Numbered from the stretch's first letter, positions 39,201-50,138 are shown. The stretch: 64,000 bases of DNA from Candidatus Omnitrophota bacterium (GCA_023247275.1 JAHFGT010000001.1:6265-70264), one strand, 5' to 3'. Notes: generated by a model from the sequence alone, not told the origin. A program made the numbers and translations.

Positions 39201-40198
39201 CCGGTCTCCATCGGTCGGCGAGCCACCACCCGGACATGCGAGCTAAGCCGATGCTGACTCAGGAAACTTTGGAAGGCCTGCCGAGTGGCATCATTCGCCT
39301 GCACCAGCGACCTCACAAACCGGGGCATGGGAATCGTCGGATTCTCTTGTACCATGTTCGCCACGATATCGACGTCCAGTCGCCCAGGCGTCGACAGCTC
39401 AACCAACTCGAGGCCGGCTCGCTCCATCAGCCGCTGCAGACCGTGAATCGATAACAGATTGAGATGGTGCGGCGGATGGATGCTCTTCGACCGGTCCCAT
39501 AACACCTGCAAGTCAAAGCCGCTGATGGTGAGCGTCGTCAGGACCAGTAGCCCACCCGGACGCAGCACCTGGCACGCCGCGGTCACAAACTGCAACGGAT
39601 CGAACGGATGCTCCACCACCTCAAACGCGGTGGCAACATCGACCTGACATTCGTCCGGTGTGACCGCCTCCAGCGGTTTCTCAATGACGCGGAATCCGCG
39701 CTGGCGGCAGACGGCGGCCAATGTCGGTCCTGGCTCAATACCCAACACCGTGGAGAACCGATCCAGCCGTTGGATCTCTTCCAAGAACACCCCATAGCCG
39801 GATCCGATGTCGACGAAACTGGAGGCGCGCTCCGCGTGCCGGCCCACGAACTCCTGCACCAACTGGGCGCGCGGGGCAAACAGGTTGCGGCGACGCGATT
39901 CAGCGGTCTGCCGAAAAAAGTCGGTGCTCCAAAATTTCACGGACGCTCCCTCGCGGTAGAATACTGCGAGTTGATCTGCGCTCGGACGCGGCGACACATA
40001 CAGCGAGTCGCACGCGGCACAGCTCACATACGAAAACCCCAGCTTCTCAAATGCTGGCGTCTGCTGCGCAGACCCGCAGCCTGGGCATGGGACCGCCGTA
40101 AACTGTCCGGACGCGTGTGCCAACGACTCCGCATCACGCCGCGCCAGCGTCAGATAGTCGTTAAACAAATCCAGGGGTCGGATATCGGCTTCTTTCAT
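39197..40198 (-). CDS. Class I SAM methyltransferase with N-terminal Zn ribbon
   Basis: CPGC..CAAC, VDIGSGYG, FEVVEH, PPHHLN, TPGRLDVDIV. Confidence 0.88.
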   Translation of the reverse strand: MKEADIRPLDLFNDYLTLARRDAESLAHASGQFTAVPCPGCGSAQQTPAFEKLGFSYVSCAACDSLYVSPRPSADQLAVFYREGASVKFWSTDFFRQTAESRRRNLFAPRAQLVQEFVGRHAERASSFVDIGSGYGVFLEEIQRLDRFSTVLGIEPGPTLAAVCRQRGFRVIEKPLEAVTPDECQVDVATAFEVVEHPFDPLQFVTAACQVLRPGGLLVLTTLTISGFDLQVLWDRSKSIHPPHHLNLLSIHGLQRLMERAGLELVELSTPGRLDVDIVANMVQENPTIPMPRFVRSLVQANDATRQAFQSFLSQHRLSSHVRVVARRPMETG

Positions 40199-40315
40199 CG
40201 CCGAGTGGCCTCGCGCCGTTCCAACGTCAGCAGACTCATCGTACCCGTCAGAAGAACCCGAGCACTGCTGCGCTGGACCGTTCGGTAAGCTTCAGCGTGA
40301 AGAGTTGGAACGGCA

Positions 40316-41356
40316 CTAGCGGGGTTCAGGTGCCCAGGAATCTGAATTGTCAATGCAGGCTTTGCAGACCGGGTTCTCTGCGTATCGTCCTTGCTGATGG
40401 AGGATGCGCAGCTGCTGCATTTTCTCGCCGTTCCAAATGGACTTGACGTCTGCCGTATGGGCGTTGCCCATCACCAGATGTTCCGCGGCTCGCATATTGC
40501 AGCACGGCAACACCGACCCATTGGCCCGGACGGTCACCCGCTGAAACGGGCTTGGGCATCGCGGCGTGATCGTTGGCGTCCGCGGAGCCCCGGTGGTGAA
40601 GTGGACCTGCTTTTCCTCCCGCATGGCGCCATCAAACGGGTTGTGCAAATTCTGAATCGAAAACAGATCGGCCTTGTCTTCCCAATAGTCCAAGAACGGT
40701 TCCAGCTCGTGCAGATTGTCGGCCATCCGCAAAAAGGTCAGTTTCAACAGCGGTAACCGGACGCCCAGCTCTTTGCGGATCTCCAAAAACCGGTGGATCG
40801 CTTTGAGCAGCTTGGCGTACTCCCCGCCGACACGCACCTTCGCGTACGTCTCGGCTGAGAACGCATCCACGGAAAATGACAGCTTGGTCAGCCCGGCCGT
40901 GATCAATTCCTGAGTCAACTCATCGGTGAGGAGTAAGCCATTGGTATTGAACATCACCTCGACCGCGCCAGCTTCGCGCGCGCAGCGGACGAATTGGGGC
41001 AGGTCTCGTCGAATCAGCGGCTCATTAATGTAGTTAAGATTCACCGCGCGCAACCCGTGCGTGACTCCATCCGTGACGATCTGTTTGAAAAATTCAAACT
41101 CCATCCAGGAGCTTTTGCCCTTCCCATAAGTGGCCTCAGCGCTCCAGGTACACATCGGGCATTTCAGATTGCAGGAGACGTTCAGCTCGAAATCGATCTG
41201 GACCGGATACGATCGTTCCAGCTCCAGCTTGGTCGTCTGCTCCCATTCTGTGCGATACTCAGCATACCCAGGGCCGATCTCTTCAATCAACACCCGGTGC
41301 GGATCTTCATGCGGACTGTACAACGATTTGCGCCAACCTTTATGCACGTACGCCAT
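40316..41356 (-). CDS. Radical SAM / SPASM(twitch)-domain protein
   Basis: CNLKCPMC, NEPL, NTNG; C-terminal CPSPF..G.V.PCC..GN..IWNG..C..C. Confidence 0.92.
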   Translation of the reverse strand: MAYVHKGWRKSLYSPHEDPHRVLIEEIGPGYAEYRTEWEQTTKLELERSYPVQIDFELNVSCNLKCPMCTWSAEATYGKGKSSWMEFEFFKQIVTDGVTHGLRAVNLNYINEPLIRRDLPQFVRCAREAGAVEVMFNTNGLLLTDELTQELITAGLTKLSFSVDAFSAETYAKVRVGGEYAKLLKAIHRFLEIRKELGVRLPLLKLTFLRMADNLHELEPFLDYWEDKADLFSIQNLHNPFDGAMREEKQVHFTTGAPRTPTITPRCPSPFQRVTVRANGSVLPCCNMRAAEHLVMGNAHTADVKSIWNGEKMQQLRILHQQGRYAENPVCKACIDNSDSWAPEPR

Positions 41357-43199
41357 CGTCTCCCCTTGTCAATGCGATGATCGATCCGACGCGGGCCGGC
41401 TCCAGTCTCGACGCCGGCTCAGGCTGAACGATTGCAGGACCTCCCGCCTGTAACGCCCAGTACGCGCTGCGGCGCGACACGAGCTGTTCATGGGTCCCCT
41501 GTTCGGCGACTCGGCCATGCTCCAGGACCACGATGTGATGCGCCTTGAGGATCATCGACAGCCGGTGCGCCACAATAATCACGGTGCGGCCCTGGCTGAT
41601 TCTCAGCATCGCCTGATGCACACGCCGCTCGGACTCTTGGTCAAGGGCGCTGGTCGCTTCATCAAACAGCAATACGTCAGGTCGGCGCAACACCGCTCGC
41701 GCAATGGCGATCCGTTGCCGCTGGCCACCGGACAGCTTTAGACCTCGATCGCCAACGATGGTGTCGTACCCCTGTGGCAAGGCGTGGATGAACTCATCCG
41801 CATCCGCCTGTTGCGCCGCCCAGCGAATGTCTGATTCGCTGGCCGATGGGTGCGCGAACGCAATATTGTCCGCGATCGACGCGTGAAAGATGAACGTGTC
41901 CTGGCTCACGAACCCGATCCGGCTTCGCCACGAAGCGATATCGAAAGTGTTGAGATCAACCCCATCCAGGGTCACTCGACCCGCGGTGGGATCGTACAGG
42001 CGAACCAGCAGATCCACGATCGTCGACTTTCCTGCCCCTGACGGGCCAACGATGACTGTGGTCTGTCCCACGGGAAACGTGAGGGTCACCTCAGACAGCA
42101 CCTCCACCCCCTCGGCGCCCGGATAGGCAAACCGCACATGGTCCAACCGAACCGCCTCCTGAATGCCTGGGCATGGCAGACCGGCTGGTTGATCGTGCTG
42201 CGGCCTGGGCAACTCTAGCAGCTGCTGCACGGTGCGCACTGAAGCGACCTCAGCGCGCAGCTTGATCAGTTCTTTGTTGAGCCCACCGACCAGCGGCAAC
42301 AACCGGGCCAAGATCACGACCACCATCACCACTACCGACAAGAGATTCTCTGCGGTGGACGACCCGTGATTCAGCACCATCACCGACACCATCATGACGA
42401 CCGCGGCCGCCACCTCGCCCAACGGCTGCGCCAACACGGGCAGGATCTGGAGTCTGAAATTGGCCTGGCTCATCTGATCCGCCATGCGCTGAAACCCGGC
42501 CTGGAGCCGATCTTCTGCGGAGAAGACTTTGACCTGCCTGATCCCAAGGATGGCCTCGGCCGTGAGGGCGGTAAAGTCGCGAACCAGCCGCTGCCGGATC
42601 GATGCCAGTCGCCGAGACGTGAGCGCGAGCCGCTGCAATCCGATCGTCAACACCGCAAACGTGAGCGTCGCAGCACAGGTGGCCTGCCAGGAGATGCAGA
42701 TGAGCAGGACGTAGAGCGCCGCGATAGTGGTCGTAATGGACAACAGCGACAGGACGGTGGAAACCGCTTGTCCGGCGATGCCGGTCTCACCAAACAGATC
42801 GTTGATCAGCCGGCCTTGCCGTCGATCCAGGAAAAACTGAAACGGCGAGTGCAGGTACCGGTCAAAGATTCTAGTCCGCAGATCCTTCACCGTCCCGAGC
42901 TCAATGCGCAAGCCGAGCAGTCGGCTGGCATACCCCAACAGGTTTTTCAGGATGATGGCGGCCAGTAAGACGCCGGCAATCCATTGCACCTGCGCGTGGC
43001 GCGGGCCATTACCGGCCACCCACCGACTCAGCGCCAGCACACTGTTTGGGAGCGGCTGCCGACCGGTCGTCAGCGGCATGAACAGCGGCACAAATAAGCT
43101 AATACTCGCTGATTCGAGAATCGCGCTCCCGGTTCCAAGCGCCACACACGCCACTAGCAGCCACCGGTACGGCCGCACCAACCGCCACACGGCCTGCAT
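41340..43199 (-). CDS. ABC transporter, fused TMD and NBD (MsbA/PglK-like flippase)
   Basis: N-terminal TM helices; GPSGAGKS, LSGGQRQR, DEATSALD, AHRLS. Confidence 0.92.
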   Translation of the reverse strand: MQAVWRLVRPYRWLLVACVALGTGSAILESASISLFVPLFMPLTTGRQPLPNSVLALSRWVAGNGPRHAQVQWIAGVLLAAIILKNLLGYASRLLGLRIELGTVKDLRTRIFDRYLHSPFQFFLDRRQGRLINDLFGETGIAGQAVSTVLSLLSITTTIAALYVLLICISWQATCAATLTFAVLTIGLQRLALTSRRLASIRQRLVRDFTALTAEAILGIRQVKVFSAEDRLQAGFQRMADQMSQANFRLQILPVLAQPLGEVAAAVVMMVSVMVLNHGSSTAENLLSVVVMVVVILARLLPLVGGLNKELIKLRAEVASVRTVQQLLELPRPQHDQPAGLPCPGIQEAVRLDHVRFAYPGAEGVEVLSEVTLTFPVGQTTVIVGPSGAGKSTIVDLLVRLYDPTAGRVTLDGVDLNTFDIASWRSRIGFVSQDTFIFHASIADNIAFAHPSASESDIRWAAQQADADEFIHALPQGYDTIVGDRGLKLSGGQRQRIAIARAVLRRPDVLLFDEATSALDQESERRVHQAMLRISQGRTVIIVAHRLSMILKAHHIVVLEHGRVAEQGTHEQLVSRRSAYWALQAGGPAIVQPEPASRLEPARVGSIIALTRGDDGVRA

Positions 43200-44077
43200 C
43201 ACGCCGCTGACTCCGATGGTCTATCGCCCCAACCCGGTGGAGACGCCTCAAGGAGAGCTGGCTGGGCCGACGAGCGCGAGCCAGGGTTCGCGTCTGGCTT
43301 TTCCATCAGCAGCACCACATGGTCCCAGCCGCCCACGCGCGCCTGCCGGCGATACGTTTCCGCGATCACTCGACACCCGAATCGGCGCTGATACCGTTTG
43401 CGCAGATCATGGAAGAACACATCGTCCTCGAACAAGGCCACCCCACCCAGCGCCTCCGGCCTGTAGTTCCATGTCGGCTCCAGATGCAGCACATACCGCG
43501 AGGAGACCCTGAGCACTTCCCGCAGAACGTCAGTCACCCGTGAGGGTGAGACATGTCCGAGGACCATAAAGGTGTACACGAGCTCGAAGGCTCCATCGGC
43601 AAACGGCAAGGAGAACATGTTGCCCTGCACAAAGTTCACCCCGTGCTGCACGAACCCGAGTTCGCGCGCCCCCTGGAGCTGTTCAGGCGCCACATCGATC
43701 CCGGTGAATCGGCTCAGCGGATAGTGTCGCTGAAAAAAGTCCAGGTTCCAGCCCGGCCCGCAGCCGACTTCGAGCCATGATGCCGGGATGATTTTCTCAG
43801 TGCGCAGACCATCCAGCACCAACTGTTGCCGCAAGGCGATTCGCTGCTTCGCTTCAGGATCAGACCATTTCGCCACATAATGCTGAATCGTCCGGTTGGT
43901 GATAAACCGGGGGTCTTGGTACCCTTGGATCCGTTGAGCCTGCACGGTGCTGCGGCCCATCAACCTGCGCAGCAGATACGCCACCCGGTACGGGTGCTCC
44001 AACCCAAAATAGCTGCGCTCCAGGATCCCTTGAACGACCGCTTTGAGTGGACGCCGAAGCACCGCCGGCAGTCTCAT
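43199..44077 (-). CDS. Class I SAM methyltransferase
   Basis: LEVGCGPG, GIDVA, LPFADGAFELV. Confidence 0.85.
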   Translation of the reverse strand: MRLPAVLRRPLKAVVQGILERSYFGLEHPYRVAYLLRRLMGRSTVQAQRIQGYQDPRFITNRTIQHYVAKWSDPEAKQRIALRQQLVLDGLRTEKIIPASWLEVGCGPGWNLDFFQRHYPLSRFTGIDVAPEQLQGARELGFVQHGVNFVQGNMFSLPFADGAFELVYTFMVLGHVSPSRVTDVLREVLRVSSRYVLHLEPTWNYRPEALGGVALFEDDVFFHDLRKRYQRRFGCRVIAETYRRQARVGGWDHVVLLMEKPDANPGSRSSAQPALLEASPPGWGDRPSESAA

Positions 44078-46038
44078 GAGTGCCGCCTGTTGACGACCAG
44101 CTGATCCTGCTGGATCATAGCAACCACCGCGTCTCTGAATCGAGTGATCGCGTGCCCATCGGTAAACGGATCAAACAGCTGTCGGACACGATTCACCACG
44201 GTCGCCGGAATAGCCTCGACGTCTTGGGCGACAGAACCCTCTGACCCTGTTCCGCTGACGACCGGCCGATGCAATGAGGCGATCACCGCGTTGACCAGCG
44301 CCGATTCCTCATCGAACATCAGCCGCCACTGATCGAAAAATTCCGCGGCAAACGGCGCCACCCGAAACTCCGATGGCGTGAACACGTACGAGGGCTTCCC
44401 CAGCAGCAACGCCTCGATCCACACCGAGCCGAACGCCGCGTATTGCCCGGTGGACATGACCGCATCCGCCTGCTGGATTAAGTACTGGGCCGTGCAGGTC
44501 AGCTGCTTGGTGGGATCAAGGATCGCGATCCGTTGCGCCCGCACGCCAGGCTCAAGGATGTCCCAAAAAGGTGGCGTGAACAAAAACCGCGAATGCTCAG
44601 GCCACTCCTCGTTGGCTTTGGGCTTGAGGATGATCCGCAGAGGAACCGGGCGTCGGGCCAGCTCGGCGATCGCCAGCAGGAAGCGACGGTTGCGTTCCAT
44701 CACAAAAACATCAGGCGTATACGAACCGGTAAATGCGGCAAGGATCGTTTCACCAGGCTGTCGATCGACCAGCAGCCGTCGCACCGGTTCGCTGGCAGCC
44801 TGATCGTCCGACATCCTGGAGCTGTCGTTACTCGGCATCCCGATGGCGGTCACCTGCATCCGACGGCTCCAGGTCTGGCCATAGATCGACACCGGAAACC
44901 ACCCTTGGACCGGAAACAGATCGTAGTGCAGGTACGCGGTCTGCGCGCCGGCGGTGGTAAACGCGGTGTACGGCACCCAGGTCGTGCGGCCGCCGGTATG
45001 GTTGAGCACGATCGTTTCAATAATATGGTGGTACGCGTGCTCTTCCGCATTGAGCAACACGCGCAGCGGAGAGTGACGCAGAAACGTCTCCAGCTGGATT
45101 CCGTACCGAACTGCCCCGGTCAGACCACGCCGCAGCGGCGGATGGGGCGACTGACCAGTTCGGCACAGAGCACCGACCAGGCGAGCGAGTCGAGGAATCA
45201 ACCGCAACAAATCGCTCAAGACCATCGGTGGCCCGCACAACCTGGCCCATCGCAGGCCAGCGTGATCATATTCCCGGATGCGTTGAGCTTCAGGACCTTT
45301 TCCCGATATGACCAGCAGGAGATCGCTGCGCTGGACGCGATCCCCATCGGCCAGGAAATCGGCCGAACGCAACTCGTTGGGCCGGCCGGTCACCGTCCAA
45401 TAGTCGTGAAATCCGATCCGAGGTGCCGCACGGTGGCGAACGCGTACACAGAGCCCTTGCCGGACACACTGCGTCAGCACCTGCCACACCAACCCAGCCG
45501 CGACGATTCCATGTCCGATCAGCGGCTGCCACCAGCGCCACGCACTCGGCTGTGATTCCTGCCGACTCTGTATCGCGTGCTGGGGCCAGATTGTTTGACG
45601 CAGTCGCCAGCCATCCAGCAATTTCGCAGACCATGAACTCGTGACAACAAACGTCGCCTGCGTGCACCGCTGTTGACGTGCCTGCTCCAGCGCAGCGTGG
45701 TACAGTGCCACCTGGTCTTGCACCCAGTGACACACGATCTTCCGGCAGACCAAACGCACCTGCGGGTCGCCGTAGAAAAACTGCTGGAACGCCTGCTCGA
45801 GATCAGGTTCGACTAAATCGCGAAACAACGTTTCGGTGAGCTCAACGCTGAGCAATGATGCCGCGGCCAGCCCGGCCCCCATCTGTTCCCGACGCAACAC
45901 TTGCCCAGCCATTCTGGTCCAGCGGTGCCATGGACCGATGGCCGGCCGCAATGCCACCGTCGTTCCGCACGCGCATCGAGAGGCTTCCTGCACGTGGCGG
46001 ATCCGCCCAAGCCGCTGAGGTCGCTCTACAATGATCAC
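44074..46038 (-). CDS. Hypothetical polysaccharide biosynthesis protein with a GT-B-like C-terminus
   Basis: 654 aa, coupled on both sides; IILKPK, S.WIEALLLGKPS, DPF.DG. Confidence 0.6.
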   Translation of the reverse strand: MIIVERPQRLGRIRHVQEASRCACGTTVALRPAIGPWHRWTRMAGQVLRREQMGAGLAAASLLSVELTETLFRDLVEPDLEQAFQQFFYGDPQVRLVCRKIVCHWVQDQVALYHAALEQARQQRCTQATFVVTSSWSAKLLDGWRLRQTIWPQHAIQSRQESQPSAWRWWQPLIGHGIVAAGLVWQVLTQCVRQGLCVRVRHRAAPRIGFHDYWTVTGRPNELRSADFLADGDRVQRSDLLLVISGKGPEAQRIREYDHAGLRWARLCGPPMVLSDLLRLIPRLARLVGALCRTGQSPHPPLRRGLTGAVRYGIQLETFLRHSPLRVLLNAEEHAYHHIIETIVLNHTGGRTTWVPYTAFTTAGAQTAYLHYDLFPVQGWFPVSIYGQTWSRRMQVTAIGMPSNDSSRMSDDQAASEPVRRLLVDRQPGETILAAFTGSYTPDVFVMERNRRFLLAIAELARRPVPLRIILKPKANEEWPEHSRFLFTPPFWDILEPGVRAQRIAILDPTKQLTCTAQYLIQQADAVMSTGQYAAFGSVWIEALLLGKPSYVFTPSEFRVAPFAAEFFDQWRLMFDEESALVNAVIASLHRPVVSGTGSEGSVAQDVEAIPATVVNRVRQLFDPFTDGHAITRFRDAVVAMIQQDQLVVNRRHS

Positions 46039-47285
46039 GATGACCCCTGGGCGAGCAAGCGATCCACTAGCTCCTGTGTCGCGCTGACTGATAATCGATA
46101 CACCCGAATGCGCGCCAACGCGTGCAGTTGCAGAAACTCATCCCTCAGCCGAGCCAATTGCTGGAGATGTTCAACGGTTAAAAACCCGGACAGGAACGCC
46201 TCGCGAATCAGCCCTGGGAACTCTCTAGCTGTCTGTGAGCCCTCCGGAACACCGACCCTCTGGAGTTGGAACCCAGCCCGAATCGCGGCGATCGCTTGAT
46301 ACCCGCGTTTGAGCCTGGCCGCCACACGATCCCCCAACAACCGTTGGGTCCACTGAAACAGACGGGTGCGCCCGGTCGCAACTCCATAAGGAAAATCATC
46401 GCTCAACGCCCGGTTGATCAGCGCCTGCGCGGTCGCCACATCTTCTGCGCAGCTCCACTCGCGCTCGCTGGGACTGGGATCCACCTCAGCGATCACCGCC
46501 AACTGATCGAACGTCAGCAGCCCTGGCGCATACTCGGTGATGGCCACCACGCGAAACCCATGCTGTTCCAGCGTCTGAATCAGGCTGCGGCGAGAATACA
46601 GGATCACGTGCGTCTTGATCATATGCCGTTGATGCAAGAACCCCAGATCCGGCGTTTCCAAATAGATGAGACCGCCCGGGCGCAACACGGTGCGGACCGC
46701 CGCCAGGAACGCGGGCGGGTCGTTAATGTGTTCAAAAAATTGAAAGAACGCGATGATATCAAACGTCGACCCATCCGCCAGGCCGGCCGGAAAATAGTCT
46801 GATACCATTTGCACGCCATACTGCTCGCGCGCCCAGTGCGCGTACCGTGCGTTCGGATCGATCCCCATGGTCTGCCATCCGCGCTGCTGCATGAGCCAGA
46901 GAAACGACCCATCCCTGGCACCAATCTCCAACAGCCGACGACCGGATGGCTCGCGCCCCACCGCCGCCAGCTGTTGCTCAAACCATCGCTGACGATACCG
47001 ATTGCGCTCACGACGATACGCGGTATCTTTGCGCCAGGTTGTGCGATCCATCTGTTGGTACGGCGAGACGTAGACCGTATCAAGCCCGTCATGGTCCTCG
47101 ATGACGCGTTCGGTATGCACCAGCCCGCACCGCGCGCAATGGCCATACACGACCCCAACGCTGGCCGGGACATATTTCGTTGCGACATGCAGCAGCGGCT
47201 GGCGATCAACGCCTCCACAGACCGGGCACCGGGCCCGCGGCATCATCACGATGGCAGGCGCGGTGTGTGGCCGATCAGCCAGCAT
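46035..47285 (-). CDS. Class I SAM methyltransferase with N-terminal Zn ribbon
   Basis: CPVC..CARC, LLEIGARDG, FEHINDP, LRPGG; GGAG SD before ATG 47285. Confidence 0.85.
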   Translation of the reverse strand: MLADRPHTAPAIVMMPRARCPVCGGVDRQPLLHVATKYVPASVGVVYGHCARCGLVHTERVIEDHDGLDTVYVSPYQQMDRTTWRKDTAYRRERNRYRQRWFEQQLAAVGREPSGRRLLEIGARDGSFLWLMQQRGWQTMGIDPNARYAHWAREQYGVQMVSDYFPAGLADGSTFDIIAFFQFFEHINDPPAFLAAVRTVLRPGGLIYLETPDLGFLHQRHMIKTHVILYSRRSLIQTLEQHGFRVVAITEYAPGLLTFDQLAVIAEVDPSPSEREWSCAEDVATAQALINRALSDDFPYGVATGRTRLFQWTQRLLGDRVAARLKRGYQAIAAIRAGFQLQRVGVPEGSQTAREFPGLIREAFLSGFLTVEHLQQLARLRDEFLQLHALARIRVYRLSVSATQELVDRLLAQGSS

Positions 47286-49266
47286 GACCCGCTCCAACCG
47301 ACGGCTCCATCAGGACACCGTGGGCCTTCTCCAACGTGGCAACCCCCTGTCTCTGCGCAATCGCGCGGAGCGCATGAACAGCTCGTTCGGCTGAGCGTCC
47401 ATCCTGCTGCGCAGTGCCATAGCGACATAGAAATTCGTCATTGATCGGCTCAGGGGCGCGCCAAACCGGCCGGCGCAGCATCGCGTCGATCTCCTGTAAG
47501 AACGCCGGTTGATTCGTTGTCACGATCGCGCGCGCGGATAACAGCTGTTGCGCCTCTGGGTACAGCCGCATGAACCGGGTATCGGCTAAGACGATGATCG
47601 GCTGATCCGTCGTCAGCGCCTGCAGCAGCGTTGTGGCCGGGCTATCGATCAGGATCAGATCCGCGCGAGCCAACAGCTCGGCAAACGGTGGCGTCTGAAC
47701 CAGGCGGCATCGTCGGACCCGGGTCCGGCGCGCCCACGCTGCGAGCGGGTTGGTAAGACGATCTCGCGGATCCAACTTCACGATCAGCTCCACATCGGCA
47801 ACGCGCTCGCACCGCTCCACCACAGCGCGTTGGAGCCGCCAATACCAGATATCTGGGTAGATATGCCGGCTAAAATATCGCCAGTCTCCCATCAGCTCTG
47901 TCGGAACGTATAGGATGGTTCGACGGGCACGCAACCGATGACGAGGACGCTCAACGGGTCCTGGCACTCGACGCCTAGTGCAGAGGCGATCTAAGGCCGC
48001 CGATCCGACTGTGCTAGGCTGCGCTGCCCTCAGAGCATTGGTTCGGACGTGATCCACACCCAATCGCTCCACGGTCTCACGCACGCCATCGCCATAACAC
48101 AGAAAATAGTCGGCCAACTGCAGTTCAGAGAACGGCAGCATCGGGTACTCCAGATAGCCGACAAACCCGCCATGCTGAGCGACCACCGTTGGCACGCCAT
48201 GCTGGCGCGCGACCACCGCGCACGCGACGTCCTCGATCGTCAGGTACGCTGAGCCGAGAATCACCGAGGCCGAAGTCGAAGGCTTCTCCAACAGCCGCGC
48301 GAGCGCTGTCGCAGTGCTGACATGCCGCCCGAGCGCCTCAACCAACAGCGTGCGGGCCGATTGCTCGATCAGCGGCCACAGATCCAGGCCTGCGATGGTG
48401 CATGCGTCCCGGACCGCTTGATCTGTGCGCAGTCGATCCCACAGGCGATCGGTGACGCTAGCCTCTACCGGGGCGATGCCATGCTGAGCCTGGTTGCGAT
48501 GACGCGGCAGACGCATCAACCGTCGGTCGATGATCCCATGTCCTTGGGCAAGCCAAGCGGTTAACACCTCTTCATCTGACCAGTATCCGGTCAGAAGAAT
48601 TCGTACCCCTATGGCACGCGATCCATATCCATGGCGAATTCGCCACCGGGTCCATCGATCCTGATGGGGTCGTCGAAACGCACCGATCACCCGAGACAAC
48701 GCTCTAACCGACCTGGTGATGCGCGTGTCAATTCTGTTCGGCTCTGAGGACGATGGTGGTAGCGCGCACAACGCGATTCCCAGTTGCTGCGTCAGATACG
48801 GCAAGCACTGCATCGTCAAGATCCCGAGGCGAAGATCTGTTGGGACGTGCGCCGGTACGGCGGCCACAATGGTCTGGGGTGTGACCAGTTCGATCGCCGA
48901 TTTCAGCGTATAGGTTCGATGCAGCAGAGCGTCGACAACAATTTTTACGCGATAATAGAGCGACTGCAACGAAAACCCTGCCAACGTAGCCGGTTCTACG
49001 CAAGCCTGAAGATGAGAATCGACCGCGGCGCACAGCTGTTCAGTTTTTCGGAAGTTATCATGTCCTAACGCCAACAAGGCGTCCTCGTCGTAGCAGTCCT
49101 CGATGGTTCGGTATGTCAAGCCCTGACGCGTTGCCGCTTCGTCAGCAGCCGGTGTGAGCGCAACTAAGCTCAGCGGCCGACCCTGGTGTTGGCTCCAGAC
49201 CAGGAGCTGTTGGAGTTCGTCTGGGGTGGCGAACAGCCCCATCGTCGTGTGCGCGGTCCTGTTCAT
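47275..49266 (-). CDS. Hypothetical O-antigen/capsule protein (LIC12162-like, putative ulosonate transferase)
   Basis: QHGG..GY, ADYFLCYG, DSPATTLLQAL; ATG 49266 in a TAATG overlap; family assigned from recalled motif. Confidence 0.55.
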   Translation of the reverse strand: MNRTAHTTMGLFATPDELQQLLVWSQHQGRPLSLVALTPAADEAATRQGLTYRTIEDCYDEDALLALGHDNFRKTEQLCAAVDSHLQACVEPATLAGFSLQSLYYRVKIVVDALLHRTYTLKSAIELVTPQTIVAAVPAHVPTDLRLGILTMQCLPYLTQQLGIALCALPPSSSEPNRIDTRITRSVRALSRVIGAFRRPHQDRWTRWRIRHGYGSRAIGVRILLTGYWSDEEVLTAWLAQGHGIIDRRLMRLPRHRNQAQHGIAPVEASVTDRLWDRLRTDQAVRDACTIAGLDLWPLIEQSARTLLVEALGRHVSTATALARLLEKPSTSASVILGSAYLTIEDVACAVVARQHGVPTVVAQHGGFVGYLEYPMLPFSELQLADYFLCYGDGVRETVERLGVDHVRTNALRAAQPSTVGSAALDRLCTRRRVPGPVERPRHRLRARRTILYVPTELMGDWRYFSRHIYPDIWYWRLQRAVVERCERVADVELIVKLDPRDRLTNPLAAWARRTRVRRCRLVQTPPFAELLARADLILIDSPATTLLQALTTDQPIIVLADTRFMRLYPEAQQLLSARAIVTTNQPAFLQEIDAMLRRPVWRAPEPINDEFLCRYGTAQQDGRSAERAVHALRAIAQRQGVATLEKAHGVLMEPSVGAGHAG

Positions 49267-50138
49267 TACCAACAGGTTCTACCTCCGTCGATCACCAGGT
49301 TTGCCCCGGTCATGTACGACGACGCATCTGAAACCAGAAAAATCACGGCGGCCTTATACTCATCAGGCTGCGCCATTCGACCCATGGGAATGAGCTCTGA
49401 CAGCCGCTGCACAAATGGGGTTGGTTGGTCGGTCTGTACGCCGCCTGGTGAGATCGCATTTACCCGAACCCCGCGATCTGCCCAATAGGTCGCCAGATAC
49501 CTGGTCAAACCGAGCAGGCCGGTTTTTACCACCGCGTAGCTGATCGGCTTAGTGGGTTGCTGGTCATCAGGCAATCCAGGCTGACGATAGATTCGCTGAT
49601 CCGGGGCGATGACCGCCAAGTCTGACGCGATGTTGAGAATCACCCCCTGACCCTGCCGCGCCATTTCAGCGCCGATGAGTTGGCTGCACACAAATGCTCC
49701 GGTTAATCCGACCGCTAGATCACGGTTCCACAGATCTAATGGAAACTGGTCCAACCGGGTCCATGAACCTTCGCATGAATGGCCCGGGGGGCTCGCCGAC
49801 ACCTGTGGGTTGTTGGCCGCATTGTTGATCAGAATATCGACCCGTCCAAAACTCGCCAACGTCTGTCCCAACGCGGCGGCTATCGAAGAGGGGTTCGTGA
49901 CATCAGCCCGGATCCCGAGCGCTGAGCCACCATGCTCCTTGCTGATGGCCTGAGCAGCGGTTTGGGCATCTGGCTCGCGCACATCTAGGAGCACCGGGAT
50001 CCCCCCCATTTCAGCGATCGCCTCAGCATGCTTGGCGCCCAACAGCCCTGCCCCGCCGGTAATGATGGCGACGCGGCCTGTTAAATCGAATCGATCCCGA
50101 ACCGAAGCTGCCACTCGTGGTTGTGCTGTAGTACTCAT
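49266..50138 (-). CDS. SDR oxidoreductase (PtmA-like)
   Basis: TGGAGLLG, INNAA, YAVVK, RYLATYW, NLVIDGGRTCW. Confidence 0.9.
   Translation of the reverse strand: MSTTAQPRVAASVRDRFDLTGRVAIITGGAGLLGAKHAEAIAEMGGIPVLLDVREPDAQTAAQAISKEHGGSALGIRADVTNPSSIAAALGQTLASFGRVDILINNAANNPQVSASPPGHSCEGSWTRLDQFPLDLWNRDLAVGLTGAFVCSQLIGAEMARQGQGVILNIASDLAVIAPDQRIYRQPGLPDDQQPTKPISYAVVKTGLLGLTRYLATYWADRGVRVNAISPGGVQTDQPTPFVQRLSELIPMGRMAQPDEYKAAVIFLVSDASSYMTGANLVIDGGRTCW

Noticed and set aside
40230-40300. Hammerhead ribozyme (GATGAG within a three-way junction)
   Set aside because: The CUGANGA and GAAA core elements are not present in the required positions.
40215-40314. Integron attC site (AAC...GTT ends)
   Set aside because: The ends deviate from RYYYAAC/GTTRRRY, no complementary L boxes were found, and there is no second site or integrase.
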